A program made the translations under genes and the position numbers. 64,000 bases of DNA from an uncultured Candidatus Saccharibacteria bacterium. GTDB lineage: Bacteria > Patescibacteriota > Minisyncoccia > Phycocordibacterales > UBA9973. The stretch spans positions 18,719-82,718 of the forward strand of contig CAZMZT010000001.1 of assembly GCA_964571085.1 (NCBI GenBank). Direction: 5' to 3'. Every line of letters begins with the position of its first letter. Position 1 is the stretch's first letter. A model generated the notes under the pieces. That model did no database searches. It was not told the DNA's origin and saw only the letters and a list, made by a program, of their open reading frames with translations. Positions 44,650-53,824 of this stretch are shown here, piece after piece.

Positions 44650-46773
44650 GTGATTTTAAATAATACTATGGCCAAAAAAGAAGAAAAGAAAGCCAAAAAC
44701 GGAGGTAGTTATGGGGCAGATCAGATATCTGTCCTAGAAGGCCTAGAGCCTGTTCGAAGACGCCCTGGAATGTATATCGGCTCTACTGGAATCGATGGAC
44801 TACACCACCTGATATGGGAAATTTTCGATAACTCACGCGATGAAGCCATGGGAGGATTTGCTGATCATATCGAAGTCACTCTTATGCCTGGTAATGCTGT
44901 ACGAGTAGTGGACAACGGTCGTGGTATCCCTGTAGATGTCCATCCCAAGACTAAAGTCTCTGCACTTGAAACTGTCATGACTACTCTCCACGCCGGAGGA
45001 AAGTTCGGAGGTGACGACAGTGGGTACAAAGTCTCTGGAGGTTTGCACGGAGTAGGAGCATCTGTAGTGAATGCACTCTCTATCTATACCAAAGCAGAAA
45101 TTCACCGTGATGGTGGTAAATACGTGCAGGAGTATTCACAAGGTAAAAAGAAAGCTGCTGTAAAGAAAGTCGGTTCATCGAAAGTCCACGGAACTATCAT
45201 ATCATTTGAGCCTGACGAAGAAATTTTCAAGCAGGTTAAATTTGACTGGAACACTATAGTGAACCATCTACGTCAGCAAGCATACCTTGTAAAGGGCCTA
45301 CGCATCGATATCATAGACGCACGCCTGTGGAACCCTATAGCCGAGAAAGCTAAAACCAAAAGTTCTATAGATGATATATTCTGGTTTAAGGAAATGGGCC
45401 TTGAAGTTCCTTCGACGACTTTCTACTTTGAGGGAGGTCTTGTGTCACTAGTGAAGTTCTATAACAAACTAGAGAAGCCTATACACTCTAGTGTGTTCTA
45501 TGTAGAGCGTGAACTTGATGATGTGGGGGTGGAAGTTGCTCTACAATATGTAGATGATATGAACTCTCATATTGTGCCTTTTGCTAACAACATCTATAAC
45601 CCAGAAGGTGGTACACACATAACTGGTTTTAAAACGGCTCTGACTCGTATACTCAACACTTACGGTAAGAAGAACAACATGATCAAAGAAGCCGATGGAG
45701 GATTCACTGGCGACGACGTTCTCGAAGGCCTCATGGTTGTAGTGTCAGTAAAACTCCGTGAAATACAGTTTGAAGGTCAAACTAAAGCAAAGTTGGGCTC
45801 CACTGAAGCCCAAGGTGCTGTAGCGACAGTATTCGGGGAAGCATTCACTTCTTTCCTTGAAGAGAATCCAGATGAAGCCAAGCAGATTATAAACAAATCC
45901 ATACTTGCTCTTCGTGCTCGTAAAGCTGCCAAAGCTGCCAAGGACTCTGTGCTCCGCAAAGGAGCCCTCGAAGGTATGACACTCCCAGGCAAGCTTGCTG
46001 ACTGTCAGACCAAGAGTGCGGATGAAGCTGAACTATTCATAGTAGAGGGGGACTCTGCGGGCGGTACGGCGAAAATGGGCCGAGACAGAAAGACACAAGC
46101 CATACTGCCACTTCGAGGTAAGATCCTCAACGTCGAGCGAGCGCGCCTTGACCGTATGCTAGGATCTGAGCAGATCAAGAACCTGGTCATCGCCATGGGT
46201 ACATCCATTGGTGACACTTTTGACCTAGAGAAGATGCGCTACCACAAGATAATAATTGCTACAGATGCCGATGTGGACGGAGCACACATTCGTACGCTTA
46301 TACTTACACTCATGTACAGGTATTTCCGAGCGGTCCTCGATGCTGGTTATGTATATATTGCTCAACCACCATTATTTAAAATCAAGAAAGGTAAAGAAAT
46401 CTTCTACGCGTACTCAGACGAAGAACGTGACCAAGTTCTCGGTAAAGATGCTCCTTCTATAGAACAACTCCTCCAAGAATCTGCAAATGAAGGAACTGAC
46501 GCCGTTGAAGTGGAGGTAGAAGAAGAGGAGGAAGACACTAAGGCTAAGAGAGCAGTAAAAATACACGTTCAACGCTACAAAGGTCTCGGAGAAATGAATG
46601 CCGAAGAACTCTGGGAGACAACTATGGATCCAGAGAAAAGAATCCTAAAGCAGGTAACAGTTACAGATGCTGAAGATGCTAACAAAGTTTTTGATATGCT
46701 CATGGGATCTGAAGTTCCTCCTCGTAAAGCATTCATCCAGTCGCACGCCAAGATGGCGAAGCTCGATATCTAA
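44650..46773 (+). CDS. gyrB: DNA gyrase subunit B. Topoisomerase IV ParE cannot be excluded.
   Basis: GHKL ATPase 'HHLIWEIFDNSRDEA' and Toprim 'LFIVEGDSAGG' are present, plus the C-terminal 'YKGLGEMN'. An acidic insert 'VEVEEEEEDTK' is present. Confidence 0.85.
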   Translation: MILNNTMAKKEEKKAKNGGSYGADQISVLEGLEPVRRRPGMYIGSTGIDGLHHLIWEIFDNSRDEAMGGFADHIEVTLMPGNAVRVVDNGRGIPVDVHPKTKVSALETVMTTLHAGGKFGGDDSGYKVSGGLHGVGASVVNALSIYTKAEIHRDGGKYVQEYSQGKKKAAVKKVGSSKVHGTIISFEPDEEIFKQVKFDWNTIVNHLRQQAYLVKGLRIDIIDARLWNPIAEKAKTKSSIDDIFWFKEMGLEVPSTTFYFEGGLVSLVKFYNKLEKPIHSSVFYVERELDDVGVEVALQYVDDMNSHIVPFANNIYNPEGGTHITGFKTALTRILNTYGKKNNMIKEADGGFTGDDVLEGLMVVVSVKLREIQFEGQTKAKLGSTEAQGAVATVFGEAFTSFLEENPDEAKQIINKSILALRARKAAKAAKDSVLRKGALEGMTLPGKLADCQTKSADEAELFIVEGDSAGGTAKMGRDRKTQAILPLRGKILNVERARLDRMLGSEQIKNLVIAMGTSIGDTFDLEKMRYHKIIIATDADVDGAHIRTLILTLMYRYFRAVLDAGYVYIAQPPLFKIKKGKEIFYAYSDEERDQVLGKDAPSIEQLLQESANEGTDAVEVEVEEEEEDTKAKRAVKIHVQRYKGLGEMNAEELWETTMDPEKRILKQVTVTDAEDANKVFDMLMGSEVPPRKAFIQSHAKMAKLDI

Positions 46774-46776
46774 TAA

Positions 46777-47775
46777 ATGACTAATATAGTACTAGCTATA
46801 ATTTGTGTTCTATTCTCAGCATTATTTGCTGGGCTTACTCTTGGTTTGATGGGACTCGACTTATCTACACTTCGTCGCAAGATGGAGCATGGAGATAAAG
46901 ATGCAGAGAAGGTTTATAAAATCCGCGAGAACGGCATGTTTCTGCTTACTACACTCCTACTAGGCAATGCAGCTGCATCAGCATTCTTCTCAATACTTGT
47001 CGGTGATATTATCGAGGGATGGTGGGCTGGAGTTATTGCAACAAGCGCTCTTTTTATAGTAGGCGAGATACTACCCCAGGCAGTAGTGTCACGATTTGCG
47101 CTTTCGTTCGGAGCTCGTACTGCACCACTTATACGAGTTATTATGACGATATTCTCTCCAATATGTTATCCAATAGCGTGGGTATTGAATAAAATGCTTG
47201 GTAAAGAAGTTCCTACCAGCTATACAAAGCGCGACCTGCTGTCGATAATATCTGATGATAAAACTACTTCAAATGGTGACGTAGACCACGATGAGCGTCG
47301 CATAGCAAAGGGAGCATTCTCTTTCTCACATAGGAATGTAGAGCACGTTATGACTCCTAACACAGTCGTTAAAACAGTTCGTGCTGATGATGTGATAGAT
47401 GAGGCATACCTTGCTGATTTAAAGGATTCAGGCTACTCTAGACTCCCAGTAGGCACAGATGACCCAAACCAGTTCGTCGGCATACTATACCTTAAAGACT
47501 TACTTGGTATTAAAATACCTATAATTGTTCGTGATGTAATGGATGGAACAGTTCACTTTGTAAACACATCTGACCCATTAGACACAGTGCTCGATCAGTT
47601 TATAAAAACCAAGATGCACCTATTCGTAGTGCTTGATGAGTTTGGGGGATTTGAAGGAGTGATAACAGTAGAAGATGTGATAGAAGAGATAATCGGCACA
47701 GAGATAATGGACGAAGACGACGTCACCCCAGATCTGCGCCAAGAAGCAAAACTCAAAAAATATTTAAAGAAGTAG
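46777..47775 (+). CDS. CNNM/HlyC/CorC-family protein with DUF21 transmembrane and CBS-pair domains.
   Basis: An N-terminal DUF21 TM region 'LFAGLTLGLMGLDL' is followed by CBS-like segments. Confidence 0.75.
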   Translation: MTNIVLAIICVLFSALFAGLTLGLMGLDLSTLRRKMEHGDKDAEKVYKIRENGMFLLTTLLLGNAAASAFFSILVGDIIEGWWAGVIATSALFIVGEILPQAVVSRFALSFGARTAPLIRVIMTIFSPICYPIAWVLNKMLGKEVPTSYTKRDLLSIISDDKTTSNGDVDHDERRIAKGAFSFSHRNVEHVMTPNTVVKTVRADDVIDEAYLADLKDSGYSRLPVGTDDPNQFVGILYLKDLLGIKIPIIVRDVMDGTVHFVNTSDPLDTVLDQFIKTKMHLFVVLDEFGGFEGVITVEDVIEEIIGTEIMDEDDVTPDLRQEAKLKKYLKK

Positions 47776-47799
47776 ATATAAGGCTAACACTTATAACCT

Positions 47800-47856
47800 A
47801 AACTTCCCGCTGGTAAATTGTGCATATGCACAATATTTACCAGCGGGAAGTTTTTA
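47800..47856. terminator. Bidirectional intrinsic terminator between a convergent gene pair.
   Basis: A roughly 24-bp near-perfect hairpin AACTTCCCGCTGGTAAATTGTGCATA/TATGCACAATATTTACCAGCGGGAAGTT is flanked by A and T tracts. Confidence 0.7.
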
Positions 47857-47866
47857 AGAGTTTGTA

Positions 47867-49633
47867 TTAATTAATTTGGGAGCGGGATTTTATCTCGCTT
47901 AGGATGTGGTTCTTGAAGTCTTCGAGACTCATTTGGACCTTGGTTCCATCTCTCTTCTCGATAGTTAGCAGGCCTGATTCCTTTTCTTTATCTCCGAGGA
48001 TTATAACATAAGGAGTGTTCATGCTCTTTGCTTTGTGGATTCTTTTACCAAGGGATTCATTACCAGAGATTTTCTCTATTCGAACAAATTCATTTTTTAA
48101 TGTATTGAAAACTTTACTAGCCTCTTCTTCATGGGCTTCTTTGACTGGGATTATTGAAACCTGAACAGGTGAGAGCCATGTAGGGAATGCACCAGCGTAG
48201 TGCTCGATAAGGAATCCTGTAAAACGCTCATGCGTACCAAGTGGTGCGCGGTGTATACAAAGTGGAGTCTCTACCTTACCTTCATTTGAAGTATATGTTA
48301 GTCCAAATCTGCCTGGTACTGCAAAGTCGACTTGGTTTGTTGCTAGTGTAAATTCACGGCCAATAGCACTCCAAACCTGAACGTCAATCTTCGGCCCATA
48401 GAATGCTGCTTCATTTGGTACTTCTATGTATGGTATGTTTGATTCTATAAGTACGTTACGAACCATGTCTTCTGTCTTTTTCCAGAGTCCTGGTTCGTCT
48501 ACATATTTCTCCCCAAGCTTAGATGCTTCATGAGTAGAGAAACGCATTACGTATTTGTCTATACCAAATATTTTGAAATATTTTAGGTACATGTCATTGA
48601 CGGCTCGGAATTCATCTGCGAATTGCTCCTCAGTACAATAGATGTGTGCATCATTCATAGAAAGAGAACGAACACGCATAAGCCCAAAAAGTTCTCCTGA
48701 TTTTTCATGACGATATACCGTGCCGTATTCAGCCAGACGAAGAGGGAGATCTCTGTAACTACGAGGTGAAGCGCCAAATATCTGGTGGTGATGTGGGCAG
48801 TTCATAGCTTTCAAGTAATATTTACCGCCTTCGTATTCCATAGGAGGATACATAGATTCTTCGTAGTATGGTAAATGTCCTGAAGTTATGTACATGGACT
48901 CTTTAGCGATATGAGGAGTCCGTACCTGCTTGTATCCTGCTAGGAATTCTGTTTCTTTTGCGAGCTTTTCGAGCTCTTCAGTTATAGCCGCACCATTTGG
49001 AAGCCAAAGAGGTAGTCCTGGGCCAACAAAGTCAGAGAAAGCAAATATTCCCATCTCAGTCCCAAGTTTTCTGTGGTCGCGCTTCTTTGCTTCTTCTTGC
49101 TGGGTTATATATGCGTCTAAATCCGCTTTTGTTTCAAATGCTATTCCATATATACGAGTCAGCATTTTGTTCTTCTCATCACCACGCCAGTATGCACCCG
49201 CTACTCGTTCGAGCTTGAATGCGTCAGCTTTAACTTCTTTCATATTCTCTACGTGGCCACCACGGCAAAGGTCTGTAAATGCACCAGAAGTATAGAGAGT
49301 TATCTCTTCACCTTTCTCTACGATTCCATTTATGAGTTCTTCTTTATATTCATTTCCTACAAACTTAGTTTTTGCGTCATTTTCATTTACTACTTGCTTT
49401 TCAAATGTTGACCAACCTTTTATGAGTTCGTGCATCTTTGTCTCGATTTTTTCTAGGTCTGTGTCGGCAACTTTACCAACAACATCGATGTCGTAGTAGA
49501 ATCCGTTGTCTATAGCAGGCCCGAGTGTGAGCTTGGAACCAGGGTATAGTTCCATAACTGATGCCCCCAAAAGGTGGGCGAGAGAGTGGCGAATATGAGC
49601 CAATTTTTCAGTGTTTTCCATATTGGCCATCAT
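47867..49633 (-). CDS. thrS: Threonine--tRNA ligase lacking the N-terminal TGS domain.
   Basis: The editing-domain motif 'HIRHSLAHLLG' is present. A class II core and the C-terminal anticodon-binding region are present. Length is 588 aa. Confidence 0.9.
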   Translation of the reverse strand: MMANMENTEKLAHIRHSLAHLLGASVMELYPGSKLTLGPAIDNGFYYDIDVVGKVADTDLEKIETKMHELIKGWSTFEKQVVNENDAKTKFVGNEYKEELINGIVEKGEEITLYTSGAFTDLCRGGHVENMKEVKADAFKLERVAGAYWRGDEKNKMLTRIYGIAFETKADLDAYITQQEEAKKRDHRKLGTEMGIFAFSDFVGPGLPLWLPNGAAITEELEKLAKETEFLAGYKQVRTPHIAKESMYITSGHLPYYEESMYPPMEYEGGKYYLKAMNCPHHHQIFGASPRSYRDLPLRLAEYGTVYRHEKSGELFGLMRVRSLSMNDAHIYCTEEQFADEFRAVNDMYLKYFKIFGIDKYVMRFSTHEASKLGEKYVDEPGLWKKTEDMVRNVLIESNIPYIEVPNEAAFYGPKIDVQVWSAIGREFTLATNQVDFAVPGRFGLTYTSNEGKVETPLCIHRAPLGTHERFTGFLIEHYAGAFPTWLSPVQVSIIPVKEAHEEEASKVFNTLKNEFVRIEKISGNESLGKRIHKAKSMNTPYVIILGDKEKESGLLTIEKRDGTKVQMSLEDFKNHILSEIKSRSQIN

Positions 49634-49674
49634 AGCATATTTGCATATTTCCGAGAAATAGCTATACTATCTAT

Positions 49675-49899
49675 ATGGTAATACGAATGCGACATACACG
49701 TTCCCATACAGGGAACCGCCGAAGCCACCACGCTCTAAAAGCGAAGGGTTTTGGTACTTGTTCAAACTGCGGAAAGACAAAGGAAACACACGTTACTTGT
49801 ACTCACTGTGGCTTTTATCGTGGACGCAAAGTCGTCGACGTGGTAAAGAAAGTTGAGAAAAAGCAGGCGAAAAAGAAAGCAAAAAAGACCAGTAAGTAG
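49675..49899 (+). CDS. rpmF: 50S ribosomal protein L32.
   Basis: 'RRSHHALK...CSNCGKTKETHVTCTHCGFYRG' is a zinc-ribbon L32. The start is probably the internal Met at 49687. Confidence 0.75.
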   Translation: MVIRMRHTRSHTGNRRSHHALKAKGFGTCSNCGKTKETHVTCTHCGFYRGRKVVDVVKKVEKKQAKKKAKKTSK

Positions 49900-49967
49900 T
49901 AGGCAGTTGGTAGTAAGTTGAGAAACTCTTGCTACTTTCTACATACTTCGTACTACATAATTATATT

Positions 49968-50873
49968 ATGGCAAACAGGCACCTTTCACGTTCAATTGTT
50001 CTTCAAACGCTCTTCGAGTGGGATTTTGCCGCTGAGAAGGACATGACACCTGCGGACATGCTCGACCGCAATATAGAAGAATTTGGACCTGGGCTCGATG
50101 ACGGAACCTTCATGTCAGAGCTACTTCTTGGTATCGTAAAGAAGAAAGCTATTATCGATGAGATCATAGAGAAAGCTGCCCCAGATTGGCCTATAGACAA
50201 GATATCTATAGTCGATCGCAACATCTTGCGTATGGGTCTATATGAGCTCCTATTTGGTGATAGGACCCAAGTCCCACCAAAGGTTGCTATCAATGAATCT
50301 ATCGAGCTTGCTAAGAGTTTTGGTGGAGAGAACTCTAGTAAATTCATCAACGGCGTTCTTGGTGGAGTTTATAAAGAAATAGGCGAGCCAGGTAAAGATG
50401 AAGTTGGTAAAAAGAAAGCAAAGGTTTTCGAGACAGATCCAGCCAAATTCCCAATTGAGAAGAAAGCCGGTGCGGTTATTTACTCTAAAAACGAAGGAGG
50501 AATATATTTTGCCTTTGTTCATGACGTTTTCGGATACTGGACGCTGTCTAAAGGTGGAGTTGAAGAGAACGAAGATGTAGAAACAGGTGCAATTCGTGAA
50601 ATAAAAGAAGAGTTAGGCCTCGATATAAAGATTAAAGAAATGCTAGGCCAAAACGAATATGTGGCTACACACCCTGAGAAAGGGAAAATCCGCAAACAAG
50701 TCACATTCTTCCTTGCTGAAGCACCATATGGCGACCTAGTACTTTATAATAAGTCAGGAGGGCTGGATGATGTAAAATGGTTTCCACTTTCAGAAGTAGC
50801 GGGGCTTAAAATGTATGACAATATGATTCCACTTCTAACAAAAGCTGTGGAGATACTAACGAAAAATGATTAA
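49968..50873 (+). CDS. nusB: NusB antitermination factor fused to a C-terminal Nudix hydrolase domain.
   Basis: The NusB signature 'VPPKVAINESIELAKSFGGENSSKFINGVLGG' is present. A perfect Nudix box 'GGVEENEDVETGAIREIKEELGL' (GX5EX7REUXEEXGU) is present. Confidence 0.8.
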   Translation: MANRHLSRSIVLQTLFEWDFAAEKDMTPADMLDRNIEEFGPGLDDGTFMSELLLGIVKKKAIIDEIIEKAAPDWPIDKISIVDRNILRMGLYELLFGDRTQVPPKVAINESIELAKSFGGENSSKFINGVLGGVYKEIGEPGKDEVGKKKAKVFETDPAKFPIEKKAGAVIYSKNEGGIYFAFVHDVFGYWTLSKGGVEENEDVETGAIREIKEELGLDIKIKEMLGQNEYVATHPEKGKIRKQVTFFLAEAPYGDLVLYNKSGGLDDVKWFPLSEVAGLKMYDNMIPLLTKAVEILTKND

Positions 50874-51561
50874 TTTTGAGACATTTGAAAAAAAGACTAA
50901 CATAATTTTTAATGATAAAAAGCTCCTTGAACAGGCGTTTATTCACCGTTCGTATATCAATGAGAACAACGACTCACATTTCTCTCACAACGAGCGCCTC
51001 GAATTCCTGGGGGATGCAGTACTGGAACTCATAGTCACTGACTACCTATACAACAAATACCCAGACCGCGACGAAGGCGACCTGACAGCATACAGATCTG
51101 CGCTTGTGAATGCAGTCATCATCGGTGAGGTAGCGCTCGAGCTCGGCATGAACGACTACCTGCTGCTTTCAAAAGGTGAAGCAAAAGATGTAGGCAAAGC
51201 TCGTAGTTATATACTTGCAAATACTTATGAAGCATATGTTGGTGCGGTCTATATTGATCAAGGTTATGATGTTGCGAAAAGTTTCATTGCTCGGACCCTC
51301 TTTGGCAAAATAGATGAGATAGTTGCCAAGAAGTTGTGGCGCGATGCTAAGAGTTTGGTACAGGAGAAGTCTCAGGAATATCTAAGTGTAACTCCAGTTT
51401 ACAAAGTTCTCAACGAGTCGGGTCCAGACCACGACAAGCATTTCACCATAGGTGTATTCTTTGGCGAAGACCGCATTGCCGAAGGTAAAGGTAAGTCCAA
51501 GCAAGAAGCTGAACAAGCTGCGGCCCGCTCCGCATTAGAAATTAAAGACTGGCTCGACTAA
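50866..51561 (+). CDS. rnc: Ribonuclease III.
   Basis: The signature 'HRSYINENNDSHFSHNERLEFLGDAVLELIV' and a C-terminal dsRBD are present. Confidence 0.9.
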   Translation: MINFETFEKKTNIIFNDKKLLEQAFIHRSYINENNDSHFSHNERLEFLGDAVLELIVTDYLYNKYPDRDEGDLTAYRSALVNAVIIGEVALELGMNDYLLLSKGEAKDVGKARSYILANTYEAYVGAVYIDQGYDVAKSFIARTLFGKIDEIVAKKLWRDAKSLVQEKSQEYLSVTPVYKVLNESGPDHDKHFTIGVFFGEDRIAEGKGKSKQEAEQAAARSALEIKDWLD

Positions 51562-53819
51562 TGATGACGCTCAAAGCTATCGAACTCAATGGATTCAAAT
51601 CATTCGGCAAGAAAAGTACGGTGTCTTTCACAACTCCTACCACATGCGTCGTAGGGCCCAACGGTTCTGGTAAGTCAAACATAGTAGAATCCATACGCTT
51701 CGTACTAGGTGAGCAGTCCATGAAGTCATTGCGTGGTAAGGGTGGAGTGGACCTGATATTCAAGGGATCGAAAGCACTGTCACACTCTTCTCGTGCGCAA
51801 GTTCTTATAACTTTTGATAATAGTAAGAAAATATTTTCTTTTACAAATAGTGGACTCGGTGTGTCTCTCGATTATGATGAAGTAGTTATTGGTCGTGAAG
51901 TGTTCCCAGATGGTGTCAACAAATACACTATCAACAACACTGAAGTACGACTCAAAGACGTCGTAGACCTCCTCGCATCTGTAAACATTGGTAGTTCTGG
52001 TCACCATATCATATCGCAAGGAGAGGCTGACCGAGTGCTCAATGCTTCCAACAAAGACCGTCGAGCAATGATCGAGGACGCTCTCGGCCTCAAGGTCTAC
52101 CAATACCGCATACGTGAGTCAGAACGTAAACTTGAGAAGACGCATATAAATATGAAAGAAGTCCAAGCACTTCGCCGCGAGATTGCTCCACATTTGGCAT
52201 TCCTTAAAAAACAGGTGCAGATAGTAGAGAAGGCGCGTGAAATGCGTGATGAACTTCGTGGATTCTACAAAGACTACCTGTCTAAAGAATCATCATATAT
52301 AAAAACAGAAGGCAAGCGCCTAGGTGACGCGCGTCACACTCTAGAGAAGCAGTCACGATCACTCGAAGAGCGGATAAGTGAACTCAAATCAACCAAAGAA
52401 GAACCACAAGCAAGTAAACACAGTGGTGCCATCAAAACCCACGAATCAGAGCTTGGAATCCTTCGTACTAAGAAGGACGAACTTTCTCGTACCCTTGGAA
52501 GACTCGAAGGAACCATAGATGGCTTTGACCGTGAGTTTGCTCGTGCATCTAAAACAAAAGGTAAAGTCATAACTGAAGGAGAGTGGCGTTCTGTTGTAGA
52601 TGCACTCGATAGAGAGATAGACAAGGCATTAGAGAGTGAGAACATCTCAGAGATCGCTACAATATTGAAGAATATGAAATCTCGACTTCAGACTCTAAGT
52701 AGAGATGTCGAGACTTCAGTAGAAGAAATAGATGAGAATATAAAAGAAGAATACTCTCGTGTAAAGATTGCTCGTGACGGTGTGCTCGCTGATATGGAGG
52801 CGATAGGTCATAATGAAAAGCAAATACTTGCCCAGATAGACGAACTTCGTTCTGATGAGAGGGCAGTAGAAGCATCACTCCGAGAAAGTGAACGCAACCT
52901 ATACGAACTTATGCGAGAGAAGAACGAGGTTGAGTCCAGCATCCACTCACTTGTGTTTGAAGAAGATAAACTAAATATGATAAAGAATAGCTTTGAGATG
53001 GAGCTACAAGAAGCAAGTGTGCTCATTGGCCAAGATGTGCTGTCATATAAGAACGCTGAAGTTGCAGGCGAAGTAATCCGTAGTGCTCAAGATGACCTAC
53101 GTAAAAAGATCGAACGCATCAAGATCAAGCTCGAAGATATGGGTTCACCCAATAGCTCTGAGATGCTCAAAGAATACCAAGATACAGAAGAGCGTGATCA
53201 ATTTCTCGCCAAAGAAAGCGAGGACTTGAAGCAAGGCATAGATTCACTCAAAGTCTTGATACAAGATTTAAAAGAAACTCTCGATACAGAATTCAAAACA
53301 GGTGTAAGTAAGATAAACAAACAGTTCCAAGAATTCTTTGCCCTTATGTTCGGTGGCGGGTCTGCATTCCTCTCTGTGGTTATGGATCACAAGAAGTCTA
53401 GAAAGACAGATGAGGATATAGAAGAGGAAGAATCAGAGACGGGCGAGACAGAGCTCGGATTTGAGCGGGGGATTGAGATCAACGTGACCCTACCTCAGAA
53501 GAAAGTCAAAGACCTCCACATGCTCTCTGGAGGCGAGAGGTCACTCACATCTATCGCACTCCTTTTTGCTATGTCACAGGTCAACCCACCACCATTTCTA
53601 GTACTCGATGAGACAGACGCAGCTCTCGACGAAGCCAACTCTCGCAAGTACGGCAACATGCTCGACAACCTATCCAAGTACTCCCAGCTTGTCGTGGTCA
53701 CACACAACCGCGAGACTATGTCTCGTGCACAAGTTCTCTATGGAGTCACTATGGACGCTTCTGGTGCTTCCAAGCTCCTCTCCATCCGCCTCGAAGACGC
53801 AAGTGCGTATGCGAAATAG
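51561..53819 (+). CDS. smc: SMC-family chromosome-partition ATPase, unusually short at 752 aa.
   Basis: The SMC N-terminus 'ELNGFKSFGKKSTVSF...VVGPNGSGKSNIVESIRFVLGEQSMKSLRG' is present. Coiled-coil is present. The C-terminal 'LSGGERSLTSIALLFAM...FLVLDETDAALDEAN' is present. Confidence 0.7.
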   Translation: MMTLKAIELNGFKSFGKKSTVSFTTPTTCVVGPNGSGKSNIVESIRFVLGEQSMKSLRGKGGVDLIFKGSKALSHSSRAQVLITFDNSKKIFSFTNSGLGVSLDYDEVVIGREVFPDGVNKYTINNTEVRLKDVVDLLASVNIGSSGHHIISQGEADRVLNASNKDRRAMIEDALGLKVYQYRIRESERKLEKTHINMKEVQALRREIAPHLAFLKKQVQIVEKAREMRDELRGFYKDYLSKESSYIKTEGKRLGDARHTLEKQSRSLEERISELKSTKEEPQASKHSGAIKTHESELGILRTKKDELSRTLGRLEGTIDGFDREFARASKTKGKVITEGEWRSVVDALDREIDKALESENISEIATILKNMKSRLQTLSRDVETSVEEIDENIKEEYSRVKIARDGVLADMEAIGHNEKQILAQIDELRSDERAVEASLRESERNLYELMREKNEVESSIHSLVFEEDKLNMIKNSFEMELQEASVLIGQDVLSYKNAEVAGEVIRSAQDDLRKKIERIKIKLEDMGSPNSSEMLKEYQDTEERDQFLAKESEDLKQGIDSLKVLIQDLKETLDTEFKTGVSKINKQFQEFFALMFGGGSAFLSVVMDHKKSRKTDEDIEEEESETGETELGFERGIEINVTLPQKKVKDLHMLSGGERSLTSIALLFAMSQVNPPPFLVLDETDAALDEANSRKYGNMLDNLSKYSQLVVVTHNRETMSRAQVLYGVTMDASGASKLLSIRLEDASAYAK

Positions 53820-53824
53820 ATAAT

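Noticed and set aside
44650-46773. Calling this gene parE (topoisomerase IV) rather than gyrB.
   Set aside because: It cannot be distinguished by eye. Reduced genomes usually retain only gyrase. It is kept as gyrB with the caveat noted.
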